Sequence record: NC_047979.1
Length of the DNA stretch: 64,000 nt
Reading direction: 5' to 3' (one strand)
Source: Escherichia phage Gostya9
In this document: piece by piece, positions 54,201 through 62,793 of the stretch
How positions within the stretch are numbered: the first letter of the stretch is position 1
How the letters are laid out: each line of letters starts with the position of its first letter
The notes under the pieces: generated by a model
What the model saw: the letters and a program-made list of their open reading frames with translations, nothing else
Database searches by the model: none
What the model was told of the DNA's origin: nothing
Position numbers and translations under genes: made by a program

Positions 54201-54955
54201 CTCATAGCTTCTTCAAAGGAAATAGCGTACCCGGCTGCTTCTTGTAGTGATCTAGCAAGAGACTGAACAGGAGTACCTGTCTGAGTACCCACTATAACAC
54301 CAAATTCTTCTAGACGATTTAGCTGGTCACCTAGTTTAAGTTGTTCGAGTGCAGATTGCAGAACGAAGATGTTAGAAGCAATAGCAGCGTACAGAAGAGG
54401 TAAACCACCACCAACTTTAGCCATTGCCGCAAAGTTACGAGTAGCTCCGCGTGCTGAACCAGAAGTATTACCAATAGCTCTAGAAGCTCTACCAGCGGCA
54501 CCAGCAGTATCATTAAAACCTCTAGCTGTACCGCCTAAAACTCTATTGGTGTCGTACAATCTATCTTGAACTTTCTCTGTTGCAGCTGCAACATCATTAC
54601 CCATTGCTTTAACAGACCTAGATACTCCATCAAATCCAGCCTCTAGTTTGTCTGCTACTTCAATCATTGCAATAGATAGATCATCCAGCTTAGCACCTAT
54701 ACTATCAATAGATTTAGTGATACCAGCCATACCCCTACTAGCTTGCATTTTAGTAAGACTTTTCGCTGCTCTGTCTGCCGCCCTCTCAATGGAGTATAGA
54801 GTTTTGGGCATTTTACCTAACTGTTCATTTGTCAGTTCGGAAGCAGCAGCAGCATTTTCTAATGCATCAGATACGTTTTCGATAGACTTTGCAGTACGGG
54901 TTGCCCCCTTCTGTTTAACGTCTATTAGTAATTCTCGTATTAGCTTATCAGTCAT
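51248..54955 (-). CDS. tail tape measure protein (pb2-like)
   Basis: 1235 aa, largest late ORF; Ala/Gln/Glu-rich coiled-coil body with Gly-rich hydrophobic segments near the C-terminus, the usual TMP architecture. Confidence 0.8.
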   Translation of the reverse strand: MTDKLIRELLIDVKQKGATRTAKSIENVSDALENAAAASELTNEQLGKMPKTLYSIERAADRAAKSLTKMQASRGMAGITKSIDSIGAKLDDLSIAMIEVADKLEAGFDGVSRSVKAMGNDVAAATEKVQDRLYDTNRVLGGTARGFNDTAGAAGRASRAIGNTSGSARGATRNFAAMAKVGGGLPLLYAAIASNIFVLQSALEQLKLGDQLNRLEEFGVIVGTQTGTPVQSLARSLQEAAGYAISFEEAMRQASSASAYGFDAEQLNKFGLVARRAAAVLGVDMTDALNRVIKGVSKQEIELLDELGVTIRLNDAYADYVKQLNAANTGITYNINSLTTFQKQQAYANAVIAESTKRFGYLDEVLRATPWEQFAANADAALRTIQQAAAKYLGPVIDAINTVFYTSQASVSAEAARAQEKTNRQIDPTNVGAVALSLSASEEGYNKALDMYRESLDKRNKLKSEFDKRMEQADASTAAAIRLVGEGMPVGLAAGGFEVGGMRIGSSEANKKFVEETAAMGLQVARLDKEVEDSTENLNAWKSAYQAAGAAAAKANPEFQKQINLHRDTTDPGAVYDFNSTVLKGLTEQQKAYNQTKKTASDLANDIQNVAQSTDTAAKTSATLADAIKNIESLSQGTGKSADEYVKNLNLGYNTLSEMKTASQALSEYVKLTGNETKNQLAVQQKIADVYNQTKDKEKAQEAGRRLELQQLEEQEAALRRVLQTNQGNKAVEREIEKIQLEKIKLTNQGMEAQKKVKDYTDKILGIDREIALLNDRTMTSTQYRLEQLRLELQLEQEKTELYSKQADGQAKVEQSRRAQAQISRELWEAENQATASHVSALMDALEVSQTQRNVTGQSQILTERLSILQQQLELSKGNTEEEIRYRNEIYKTSAALEQLKKQREDQTYKSVVSSLGGTFTPTNGLSGADKEFADFENRMSMYDQAIAKMSEVDSASTALANSIGNFSLAVVANAQDSLDSITTISAGMQMVGQMMAYSANQQISAIDQAIAAEQKRDGKSEESKAKIKKLEAEKTKIQQREAKKQIIISTAVAMMNAAATQPFLPLGLTMMATAAAAGALSLAAASNASSMPSVDSGANTTSYLTLGERQKSIDVSMSANAGELSYVRGEKGIGNANSFVPRAEGGNMYPGVSYQMGEHGTEVITPMVPMKATPNDELKNSSNSASGRPIILNISAMDAASFREFASSNSGALRDAVELALNENGASLKTLGNS

Positions 54956-54970
54956 AATTTATTTTTCCCA

Positions 54971-55003
54971 ATAAAAAAGGCTCTGGGCAAATCACCCAGA
55001 GCC
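54971..55003 (-). terminator. rho-independent terminator
   Basis: Hairpin GGCTCTGGG-TGATTTG-CCCAGAGCC followed on the minus strand by TTTTTTAT. Confidence 0.55.
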
Positions 55004-55038
55004 AAGCCTCATCGTGGAACGCCCATTGGAGGAAACTT

Positions 55039-55530
55039 TTACCGTGCTCGAGATTTGGCATGTGGCTTAACGTTAGGTATTCTACCGTTTTGCGGTTTAT
55101 GCTTCTCAGCACGTTTACGTGCAGCGTCTACAGCTTTAGCATCAAATATATTGATAATGTGTAGAACAAATTCTTTTTCTATAGGATCGGTAATCCCATA
55201 AATATCGAATAAGACACCTAAAGCAGCTTTGTCTTTGCCTATAAATATAGGAAAGTCACCCGGTATGAAACAGTCAACTAGACTGTTATAGATATTCATA
55301 CTAATAGCTACAATAGGTGGAAAGTCTTCAAGTTCAACAGGCATAGCCTTAGGATCAGGTTCTATACCCATTGACTCACAAAGTATTAAGTATTGTTGTT
55401 TAGTCATTTTAGATGCTGAGCTTTTAATACACTTATCTGCAAAATCAGCAACAGCATCTAGTAGTTCTTTACGCTTTTGAGCTACGAAAAGTGTCGAGGT
55501 GGAACACTGTCTGGTTGATCCAAGAATCAA
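55039..55530 (-). CDS. tail assembly chaperone, downstream ORF (T-like; possibly expressed as a frameshift fusion)
   Basis: Directly upstream of the tape-measure gene; overlaps the preceding ORF by about 60 nt in the +1 frame; the track start is a TTG, and the first in-frame ATG (55407) lacks an RBS. Confidence 0.45.
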   Translation of the reverse strand: MILGSTRQCSTSTLFVAQKRKELLDAVADFADKCIKSSASKMTKQQYLILCESMGIEPDPKAMPVELEDFPPIVAISMNIYNSLVDCFIPGDFPIFIGKDKAALGVLFDIYGITDPIEKEFVLHIINIFDAKAVDAARKRAEKHKPQNGRIPNVKPHAKSRAR

Positions 55531-55873
55531 ACGCAGCAGAGTTCTGCATAAGCATTACAGCATTATCACGACTAAATGGAACTTCAGTAGTAGGATCAGC
55601 ATCTGTTTCAATCAGCATCAGCTTTTCAACGTCGCCTACAGTCAAACCAGTCCAACCTTTAATTGCAGCATCAACGAAAGCTTCAATAAACTTATCGTCA
55701 TCCTGTACTTGAATTAGGGTACCATTAACCCATTCATCGCGTTTGGCAGAAGAGATAACACGTTTAGAAGTAGCACGAGACATATAATTAAGCTCTAGCT
55801 TAAAGTTTGGCATACCTGGGTATGAAAGAGTAATAGTACGGGTATCAAGAGTAATATCTTTTAAGTTAATCAT
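55469..55873 (-). CDS. tail assembly chaperone, upstream ORF (G-like)
   Basis: 134 aa between the tail tube region and the tape-measure gene; ATG overlaps the upstream stop. Confidence 0.5.
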   Translation of the reverse strand: MINLKDITLDTRTITLSYPGMPNFKLELNYMSRATSKRVISSAKRDEWVNGTLIQVQDDDKFIEAFVDAAIKGWTGLTVGDVEKLMLIETDADPTTEVPFSRDNAVMLMQNSAAFDSWINQTVFHLDTFRSSKA

Positions 55874-56769
55874 TATTTTCTTTCTCCAAAGAAGTTTATT
55901 TCTACAGGGTCTGAATCAGCAGTAGGGATTACATCATACTCTACCTGATACAAATCTGAGAAGTTTAGGCGTTTTGAAATACGTGCTAAAGGGAATGTTA
56001 TAGAAACATATTTATTTTTAATAATTAGTGGAGTTCTTGTTTCAGGATCTAGATTCAAGAACTTATCTCCTACCAATCTCTTAACATAATAGAAAGCTAG
56101 CGTTGCGGAAGCATTCATCTCATTGACATAAGCTCGTTTATTAGTATAAACTTTGTTTATATCAAATATACTTCTATCCTCTCTCCAAGAACATTGTTGC
56201 TGGAAGGACATAGATGCTGAAACTAATGCAGGCAATGGTGCGCTATTGGTATACACAGCCGGAGGACTATATGGGAGTACCTCACCTTGTGTAATTGTAT
56301 ATCCATCACGGAAAGTAGATACTTCAGAGAATTTTCCAGACTCAATACCAACATTTAGAATCGGTATACTCTTATCTAGAGAAAAGTCAACTGTTGATAC
56401 ATAACAGTTTTCAAAATAAATACAGCTATTATTATGATTAATAATATACATATTGAACATAATAGGTTCAATATTGGGAGTATTTCTTGGCAAAAATAAA
56501 GAATTTCCCTCACGCGTGAATCCCATCCAGTCAAAGAAATTAGACTCAATAAGCGTAGTACTGAAATTTATTGCCAATGAAATAGATGAAGGATCTTGAG
56601 CATTAATAATAGAGTCTGCATAGTTAGTACGATTATGGATAGTACGCCTAAGGGTTTTAAACTCCTGAAAAGACGTACTAGCATCATAGTTAGAGAGGGC
56701 ATCGAAATGATACCCTCTACCGTCATACTCAATAACTATTTTAGACTCTCGCATGAGAGAATAAAACAT
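55873..56769 (-). CDS. tail protein (298 aa), function unassigned
   Basis: ATG-initiated ORF immediately downstream of the major tail tube gene. Confidence 0.45.
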   Translation of the reverse strand: MFYSLMRESKIVIEYDGRGYHFDALSNYDASTSFQEFKTLRRTIHNRTNYADSIINAQDPSSISLAINFSTTLIESNFFDWMGFTREGNSLFLPRNTPNIEPIMFNMYIINHNNSCIYFENCYVSTVDFSLDKSIPILNVGIESGKFSEVSTFRDGYTITQGEVLPYSPPAVYTNSAPLPALVSASMSFQQQCSWREDRSIFDINKVYTNKRAYVNEMNASATLAFYYVKRLVGDKFLNLDPETRTPLIIKNKYVSITFPLARISKRLNFSDLYQVEYDVIPTADSDPVEINFFGERK

Positions 56770-56773
56770 TTAA

Positions 56774-58168
56774 TTAACCACCTGCTGTTACAGTAATCTG
56801 CTTAGTGCCTTTAACTCCAGAACCATCTTTAGCAGTAGCTTCTATGGTTACTACACCAGTTTTACTAGCATCTGCTGTTAACAGTCCTGCTGCACTGATA
56901 GTAGCTGCGTCACCAGCAGTGATAGCCCAAGTAACTTCCTTATTCTGTGCAGAAGAAGGAGTAACTTCAACACTCATTTGGAGAGTAGCCGAGTTGTTTA
57001 CTGTAGTAACATCACCAGCAGATTTAACAGTAATTGCGGTTACAGCATCAGTAGACCCATCACCATTAACAATCAAGTTATTAATAGTTGTTTTAGTATA
57101 CTTGTTAGAAAATCCAAGATAACCTTCGTCACCAGTATCCAAATCTGTAGGAATAGCCTTAAATTCCACTGAGGTACCAAGTACATCATCAGTTTCAATA
57201 GTAGGAATATTAACGTGCGCCTGTTTAGCTACTAGAATAGCTGCAGGACGTTCTTCGTCATATTCACCACCAAGTACCAGAGCGATTTCGAAGCGGTTAA
57301 CTACTTTCAGAGTTTTGATAAGATCTTTATACAGTTCCATAGAACCAAGAGATTTATCATTCAGATAAGCAGTTAATGAACCCGTTAACTCAAACGCACC
57401 AGTAAATGAACCGATAGGAATATTTACACGGGACATAATATTTGGGGTTAGATATGTGATGTTGTTATTAACGGTAAAAGTACCACCAGTAATAGGTATG
57501 TCATATGCCTTACCAGAATCCATATCCTTAATTTTCAGGATAGTTAACTTGTTCTTAATGTAAGAACTCTGAATAGTCATATAAGTTTCATCATCAATAC
57601 CTAGCGCATCTGGATCAAATGGTTGCTCATCCAGTGGGATTAGCTGATTACCATTACCAGACCAAGTTACACGACCAATATCTTCAATATCAACGTTAAC
57701 TTCTGCCTGGTTGATCTGGCAAGAGTCAATGTAACTCCACGCATTGTCAGTCAGAATGTAAATATGCAGCATAGCCAGTTCGTGATATGCGTTATCTTTG
57801 AAGTTAACCATGAAGTTAGTAGCATTATTATGTGCTCCAGTATCTCCATCAAGGTCAATAGCTTTACCACTAGAAAGTGCATGCCATAACATATAGTCAG
57901 GAACAATTTGTTTACCAGTAGTTGTATCCTCGTATGGTAGGATATAGGTGGAAAAGCTCCACTCAGCCGCGTTCAAGGAATCGTTAAAACGTTTAGAACC
58001 ACGAGTAGGACGCGGACCAGCTTCGTTAACAGTAATATCTGTTGAGTTACTGTCCTGACCCCAAGAAATATCATCCTGAACTAGAATCTCTTGCGTGTTG
58101 GTCGTATCATGACCAGTCTTAACCGTAGACACGAAGATTCGAGTATTACGTAATAGTTGTAAAGACAT
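56774..58168 (-). CDS. major tail tube protein (pb6-like) with C-terminal Ig-like domain
   Basis: 464 aa, which matches the T5 pb6 length as I recall it; C-terminal Big_2-like segment (VTAITVKSAGDVTTV...TWAITAGDAATISAAGLLTA...VTIEATAKDGSG). Confidence 0.7.
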   Translation of the reverse strand: MSLQLLRNTRIFVSTVKTGHDTTNTQEILVQDDISWGQDSNSTDITVNEAGPRPTRGSKRFNDSLNAAEWSFSTYILPYEDTTTGKQIVPDYMLWHALSSGKAIDLDGDTGAHNNATNFMVNFKDNAYHELAMLHIYILTDNAWSYIDSCQINQAEVNVDIEDIGRVTWSGNGNQLIPLDEQPFDPDALGIDDETYMTIQSSYIKNKLTILKIKDMDSGKAYDIPITGGTFTVNNNITYLTPNIMSRVNIPIGSFTGAFELTGSLTAYLNDKSLGSMELYKDLIKTLKVVNRFEIALVLGGEYDEERPAAILVAKQAHVNIPTIETDDVLGTSVEFKAIPTDLDTGDEGYLGFSNKYTKTTINNLIVNGDGSTDAVTAITVKSAGDVTTVNNSATLQMSVEVTPSSAQNKEVTWAITAGDAATISAAGLLTADASKTGVVTIEATAKDGSGVKGTKQITVTAGG

Positions 58169-58194
58169 TTAATTATTTTCTCCTAATCTGTAAC

Positions 58195-58680
58195 TTATCT
58201 GCGAAGTGACCTACGTGGAGGCTGATACCTCACTGTTACATTTATTTCTGCTAAACCATATGGGGCCAGTAGACCCTCATCTGTACTAACTGATGTAATG
58301 CTCATATCAGTCGCCTCACATGGGACGGTCGATCCATTAGGTTTACTAACAGTATATTCTAAATTTCCACCTGTGTCAATAACGGTTTTTATATCCGCCA
58401 CGAGTTTTTCAAGCTGCTCTTGAATGTCTGTTTTCTCTTTATCATAGACCAGAATTGGAAGTTCTAAAAACATCCACTGTTGACCTGAAGGAAGATACTG
58501 CCCAGTTTCAGTTCCGATATGAACTGCAACATAAGGAAACTCTCGTATCTCCTCAAACTTATAAGTTTGACGTGAGACGTTTCCATACAAGTTATTAAAA
58601 TATTCATCTGGTTGAGAGCCATCCATTTGTGTAGCTATTCGGTCAACCAGAGCTTGTGCTATACTTGTTCTGTGATCCAT
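58195..58680 (-). CDS. tail completion/terminator-like protein (161 aa), by position
   Basis: Small ORF between the head-completion genes and the tail tube gene. Confidence 0.35.
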   Translation of the reverse strand: MDHRTSIAQALVDRIATQMDGSQPDEYFNNLYGNVSRQTYKFEEIREFPYVAVHIGTETGQYLPSGQQWMFLELPILVYDKEKTDIQEQLEKLVADIKTVIDTGGNLEYTVSKPNGSTVPCEATDMSITSVSTDEGLLAPYGLAEINVTVRYQPPRRSLRR

Positions 58681-58683
58681 TTA

Positions 58684-59451
58684 TTAGGTCCCTTGATTAA
58701 CCTTAATTTTGTATCTGGAGTGAATTAAGTCTCTTGCAGCTTTAGCTATCGCCTCTCCAATTAGTCTTTGAGGGTTTCTAGCACCAGGGTAGGGTCGTAA
58801 TGATAATCTTCGATATGTAGATACTGCAGGATTAAATACTGAATATGGACGTACCATATAATTATATGTAACATTTAATTCAGGAGCACCTTTGCTAGTC
58901 CCAGCATCTCTAAGCATAACATCTTTAACTTTTAGAGAATTTGCAAAACGACCTGTTCTAAATTTAAGTGGAGCTCCTGCTTTTTTCATATCCTTTATTA
59001 AGTATTCTTTGGCAACCAACTCCAGAATAACCTTCATATTACTATTTGATACAAAACGACCAGAAGCCCCTGTTACTGCACCTGAGTATCCATCCTCAAC
59101 ATCACTAGGGTCCCCAAAGTTTACCTCTACTCTACCAGTAGAGCGTTTTTTACCTACAGAAGATTTCTTACCGGCGGTTGCTTGAATAAGGCTTTCTAAG
59201 GCCCCTAGATCTCCAGTTAGGTCTAAGCTAGAAGAAACTGCTTTTAGAATAGAGGCTGTCCTAACACTAAGGAGATCCTGAGATACCGGTTTTGAGAATT
59301 TAAAAGATACTTGAGCAACAGTACCATCTCTAGTAGGATCCTTTAATCCTGTTTCAACAGAATATACAACAGTATTCTTATTGTTCTCGGAACGCCCAAC
59401 ATTATCTAGCTGCTCTTTAATAATTCGTGTAGCTAAATCAGAAAGAGACAT
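58684..59451 (-). CDS. head-tail joining structural protein (255 aa), by position
   Basis: ATG-initiated ORF in the connector region. Confidence 0.35.
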   Translation of the reverse strand: MSLSDLATRIIKEQLDNVGRSENNKNTVVYSVETGLKDPTRDGTVAQVSFKFSKPVSQDLLSVRTASILKAVSSSLDLTGDLGALESLIQATAGKKSSVGKKRSTGRVEVNFGDPSDVEDGYSGAVTGASGRFVSNSNMKVILELVAKEYLIKDMKKAGAPLKFRTGRFANSLKVKDVMLRDAGTSKGAPELNVTYNYMVRPYSVFNPAVSTYRRLSLRPYPGARNPQRLIGEAIAKAARDLIHSRYKIKVNQGT

Positions 59452-59963
59452 TATACTCTCCTGTAAACTTCAATAATAGTACGAATATGCTCTGGAATAC
59501 CAGACTTAGTATTATTAAAAGTAACTGTTTCACCCCCAATAGTCTTGGCTTGACGATAATCTTGTTTATGCCAGTGATCTACTAATAGACATGCTGCAAG
59601 TTTGAGATCTTCAGGGATTGGGTTAAATCCACCTTGTGTGTACTCTACATCCATATAACCTTCTGGGGGATTAAATTTAAGAAGTATAACCCCATCAGAG
59701 TATAATCTGTATTGCTCGGGGTCTATCTCCTTATCATTAATAGTCATTTTGGTTACTGAAGTAGCTGAGGGAGAACTTAAAAAGTATTTTTTACGAGTAG
59801 GTTTTGTATTGATTAACTGGTCTACCGCGTCAGCATCATCCATACCTAAAAGGCTAGTAATCAGCGCATTGGCAGCAGTAATCATCATCTCTACTCCAGA
59901 TTCTAGTTCAGGTCGTTTTAAACCACCGTATAATCTATAGTCTTCAGCTGTGATGATTTGCAT
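59451..59963 (-). CDS. head completion/adaptor-like protein (170 aa), by position
   Basis: First gene downstream of the major capsid gene. Confidence 0.35.
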   Translation of the reverse strand: MQIITAEDYRLYGGLKRPELESGVEMMITAANALITSLLGMDDADAVDQLINTKPTRKKYFLSSPSATSVTKMTINDKEIDPEQYRLYSDGVILLKFNPPEGYMDVEYTQGGFNPIPEDLKLAACLLVDHWHKQDYRQAKTIGGETVTFNNTKSGIPEHIRTIIEVYRRV

Positions 59964-59974
59964 TTATTTTTCCT

Positions 59975-60006
59975 AATAATAAAAAAGGAGAGCCGAAGCT
60001 CTCCTT
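59975..60006 (-). terminator. rho-independent terminator/attenuator after the major capsid gene
   Basis: Hairpin GGAGAGC-TTCG-GCTCTCC followed on the minus strand by TTTTTTATTATT. Confidence 0.6.
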
Positions 60007-60025
60007 ATCGGCTGAAAAGCCTGTA

Positions 60026-61402
60026 TTAAGATGCAGCGTAAGCACCGGATACAACGCCGTTCTCGAAGTAACGTTGCAGGTTAACACGCTGAGTAACGTA
60101 GTATGCGTCACGCTGTTTGCCAGCTTGGCGCTCACGTTCAACAGTAACAGCACGCTGACGTGGCATCACGAAGTTATCTTTATAAACAATAACCGCGAAC
60201 TCTTTACCAGCTGCTTTAGCTGGGAAGTACTCAGAAACTACAACCGGCAGACCATAAATACGACCAACCTGACCCTGCAGTTTAACAGCATCATTACCAA
60301 CCTGAGCAACATCCTGCCATTCTTCGTCTTCCAGCAGATCGTAGTAAGCATCCATAGATACAATCAGTACCAGTTTGGACAGTTTCAGACCATGACGGCC
60401 CAGCTTACGACGCAGTTTAGAGATAGTTTTAGCAGTTACCAGAACAGAACCATCAGCTTTAGCTTCGGTAGTAACTTTAGCACTATCTTCACTAGCAAGA
60501 GTCAGCAGACCTTTCGGCTTACCGGAACCATCACCAGTCATGAAGGCTTCTTCAATAGAAACAGCGTGTGCTTCAATTAGACGCTTACGAAGCAGTGGCA
60601 GCAGGGAGAAGATTGCATCTTCTTCAGTTTCATCAGTAATGAAGGATTTAGCAGCCAGTTTGTAAGTACTGAAGTGGATTTCTGTAAGAGCGCCTGTAAC
60701 TTCGCTACCAGTAGTATTGTCACTACCATAAGCAGAAGCAGCAACCCAAGTAGCTCTACCAGCATCCGGTTCAACCAACATAGTAAGAATCTTACTGGAC
60801 ATCGGCAGTTCTTCGAACAGTGCGCCAACTACCAGCTCTTTCTGCAGGTCACGGATAATACGCTGAGAGAAAATAGTTTCATAGCTTTCACTAGAAACTT
60901 CTACAGAAGAGGACTGATTCACTGCTTTCAGGTGTTTTTGACCGTGTTCGGTTTCAAATACGCCTTTTTCCATTACATAGGACAACAGAACCAGTTTTTC
61001 TACTTCGTCTTCAAAGTTTTCCTGAGTACCATACAGTGCTTTAGCAACACTATTACCAACGAAGGAACGACCTTCACGAGCTGTTAGCAGGGATTTAATT
61101 TCGTCCTGAAGACCAACAATAGTTTCCTGTTGTTTTTCTACAGTTTGTGCAAACAGTTCTGCACTCTTCTTAGATTTTTCATCCAGGGACTTAACCAGTT
61201 CCAGAGCTTGTTCCAGTTTCTGACGATCTTCGCCAACTGCTTTAGAAACCAGGGCATTCATACGAGCCAGTTCTTTTTCTTCCTGCTCTTTACGCATACG
61301 TTCAGCTTCCTGAGCTTTCTGAGCAGCGGTCAGACCTTCCAGAGATTTAGCCAGATCACCCAGACCAAGTTCTTCTTTCAGCTTATTAATATCAATAGTC
61401 AT
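60026..61402 (-). CDS. major capsid protein precursor (pb8-like, HK97 fold with N-terminal scaffolding domain)
   Basis: 458 aa, which matches the T5 pb8 precursor length as I recall it; N-terminal about 150 aa coiled-coil (KLKEELGLGDL...QEEKELARM...), host-optimised codons. Confidence 0.8.
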   Translation of the reverse strand: MTIDINKLKEELGLGDLAKSLEGLTAAQKAQEAERMRKEQEEKELARMNALVSKAVGEDRQKLEQALELVKSLDEKSKKSAELFAQTVEKQQETIVGLQDEIKSLLTAREGRSFVGNSVAKALYGTQENFEDEVEKLVLLSYVMEKGVFETEHGQKHLKAVNQSSSVEVSSESYETIFSQRIIRDLQKELVVGALFEELPMSSKILTMLVEPDAGRATWVAASAYGSDNTTGSEVTGALTEIHFSTYKLAAKSFITDETEEDAIFSLLPLLRKRLIEAHAVSIEEAFMTGDGSGKPKGLLTLASEDSAKVTTEAKADGSVLVTAKTISKLRRKLGRHGLKLSKLVLIVSMDAYYDLLEDEEWQDVAQVGNDAVKLQGQVGRIYGLPVVVSEYFPAKAAGKEFAVIVYKDNFVMPRQRAVTVERERQAGKQRDAYYVTQRVNLQRYFENGVVSGAYAAS

Positions 61403-61419
61403 TTTTAAATAATTCTCCG

Positions 61420-62052
61420 TTATTCTTTAACGTAGCCTAAAGCTATCGCAAGTTTTTCTAGTTCAGAAAGATTACGTTCTTGAGCTGGGACAGCTTTAGA
61501 ACTTATTGCAGTAAAAGATTTACGCCATTCAGTATAATCATGACCATTCATACTCTTAGCGAGATTGAATGTTGAGTCCTGATTACAAGGTACAGAAACT
61601 ACCGAAACTTCGTATAGTTCTAAATCTTTAATAATAAATATATCAGTAGCTTCATCCCATTCTGCATCTAGGCAGCGGAATCCGATACTAAAAGTTTTCA
61701 GTACACCGTTTTTAATTAGTGAAAAGATAGCTGGGTCAGAACTTTCATAGATCTCACATTCAATTTCGAGACCCATTTCAGTAGGGTTAAGATCAATACA
61801 CTTACCGATTGGACGACGATGATCGTGTCCGAAAAGAATAATCGGGTTTTTCATGTAGTTAGTAAGTGCATTAGACGTTTTCCACGCAGAAGCAGGAATT
61901 ACATCACCAGCGCGATCTTTACTAATTGTATTAGCGAATCCACGGATTTTTACAACGCCCTCTTTGGATTCGCTATCAATAGATTTAATATAAGCATCTA
62001 AATGAACGGGTGCTGATTTTAACTTGTTATAGTCAATAGCAGCTTGTGTCAT
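61420..62052 (-). CDS. prohead maturation protease (pb11-like, HK97-type)
   Basis: 210 aa immediately upstream of the capsid gene; the ILFGHDHRRPIGK segment resembles HK97-family protease catalytic regions. Confidence 0.65.
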   Translation of the reverse strand: MTQAAIDYNKLKSAPVHLDAYIKSIDSESKEGVVKIRGFANTISKDRAGDVIPASAWKTSNALTNYMKNPIILFGHDHRRPIGKCIDLNPTEMGLEIECEIYESSDPAIFSLIKNGVLKTFSIGFRCLDAEWDEATDIFIIKDLELYEVSVVSVPCNQDSTFNLAKSMNGHDYTEWRKSFTAISSKAVPAQERNLSELEKLAIALGYVKE

Positions 62053-62055
62053 TTA

Positions 62056-62793
62056 TTAGTCTCCAGGAACAACAGGATTAACTGTCACAGCACATATAGT
62101 AGAGTCCTTGCTTACTTGCTTACTATCTGTTACAGTTACTTTATAAGAGCCGGCATCCTCAGCTGCTGCTGCAGGCTTAGTATAGGTAGCTTCTGAAGCA
62201 TCCGGAATAGGAGAACCATCTTTAGTCCATGCATAAGTATATGGACCAGTACCACCAGTTGCAGTAACAGAAAGTGTTAATGCTGCTCCCTCTTCGACTG
62301 ACATGCTAGCAGCTAAATCTGTAGAAAGAGTTAATGGTGGAATAACTGTAGTCACACACTCAACAGACGTTATACTAGCTTGTTTACTATCAGTAACTAC
62401 TACTTTATAAGTACCAGCGTCTTCCGCAGCTGCTGTAGCTTTAGTAAAGTTAGGTCCTGATGCTTCTAGAGGAGAACCATCCTTAGTCCAAGCATACGTA
62501 TATGGAGCTGTACCGCCACTAACTGTTACGCTTAGATTAATTGCCTCTCCAGTATCAACTTCCAAAGTGCTATCTAGATCCTTAGTAAAAGCCAGAGGAG
62601 GAAATGCTTTATCATAAGCCTCTACAAATTTCTTCCATACTTTACGGTTAGTATGCGCAGATGAAAGTCCTAGTTCTCTACGCAGAAAAGCATAGCTAGG
62701 AACATATTCATGCGCAGCGACCGTAGCAAAGAAGATATGAGATTCTGGCAGGTTTTCACCAAAAATGGTCTTTAGACCATTATAATCAATCAT
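62056..62793 (-). CDS. capsid decoration-like protein with two tandem Ig-like domains
   Basis: Two near-identical about 50-aa repeats (SVTVSGGTAPYTYAWTKDGSP... and SVTATGGTGPYTYAWTKDGSP...); sits between portal and protease. Confidence 0.5.
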   Translation of the reverse strand: MIDYNGLKTIFGENLPESHIFFATVAAHEYVPSYAFLRRELGLSSAHTNRKVWKKFVEAYDKAFPPLAFTKDLDSTLEVDTGEAINLSVTVSGGTAPYTYAWTKDGSPLEASGPNFTKATAAAEDAGTYKVVVTDSKQASITSVECVTTVIPPLTLSTDLAASMSVEEGAALTLSVTATGGTGPYTYAWTKDGSPIPDASEATYTKPAAAAEDAGSYKVTVTDSKQVSKDSTICAVTVNPVVPGD

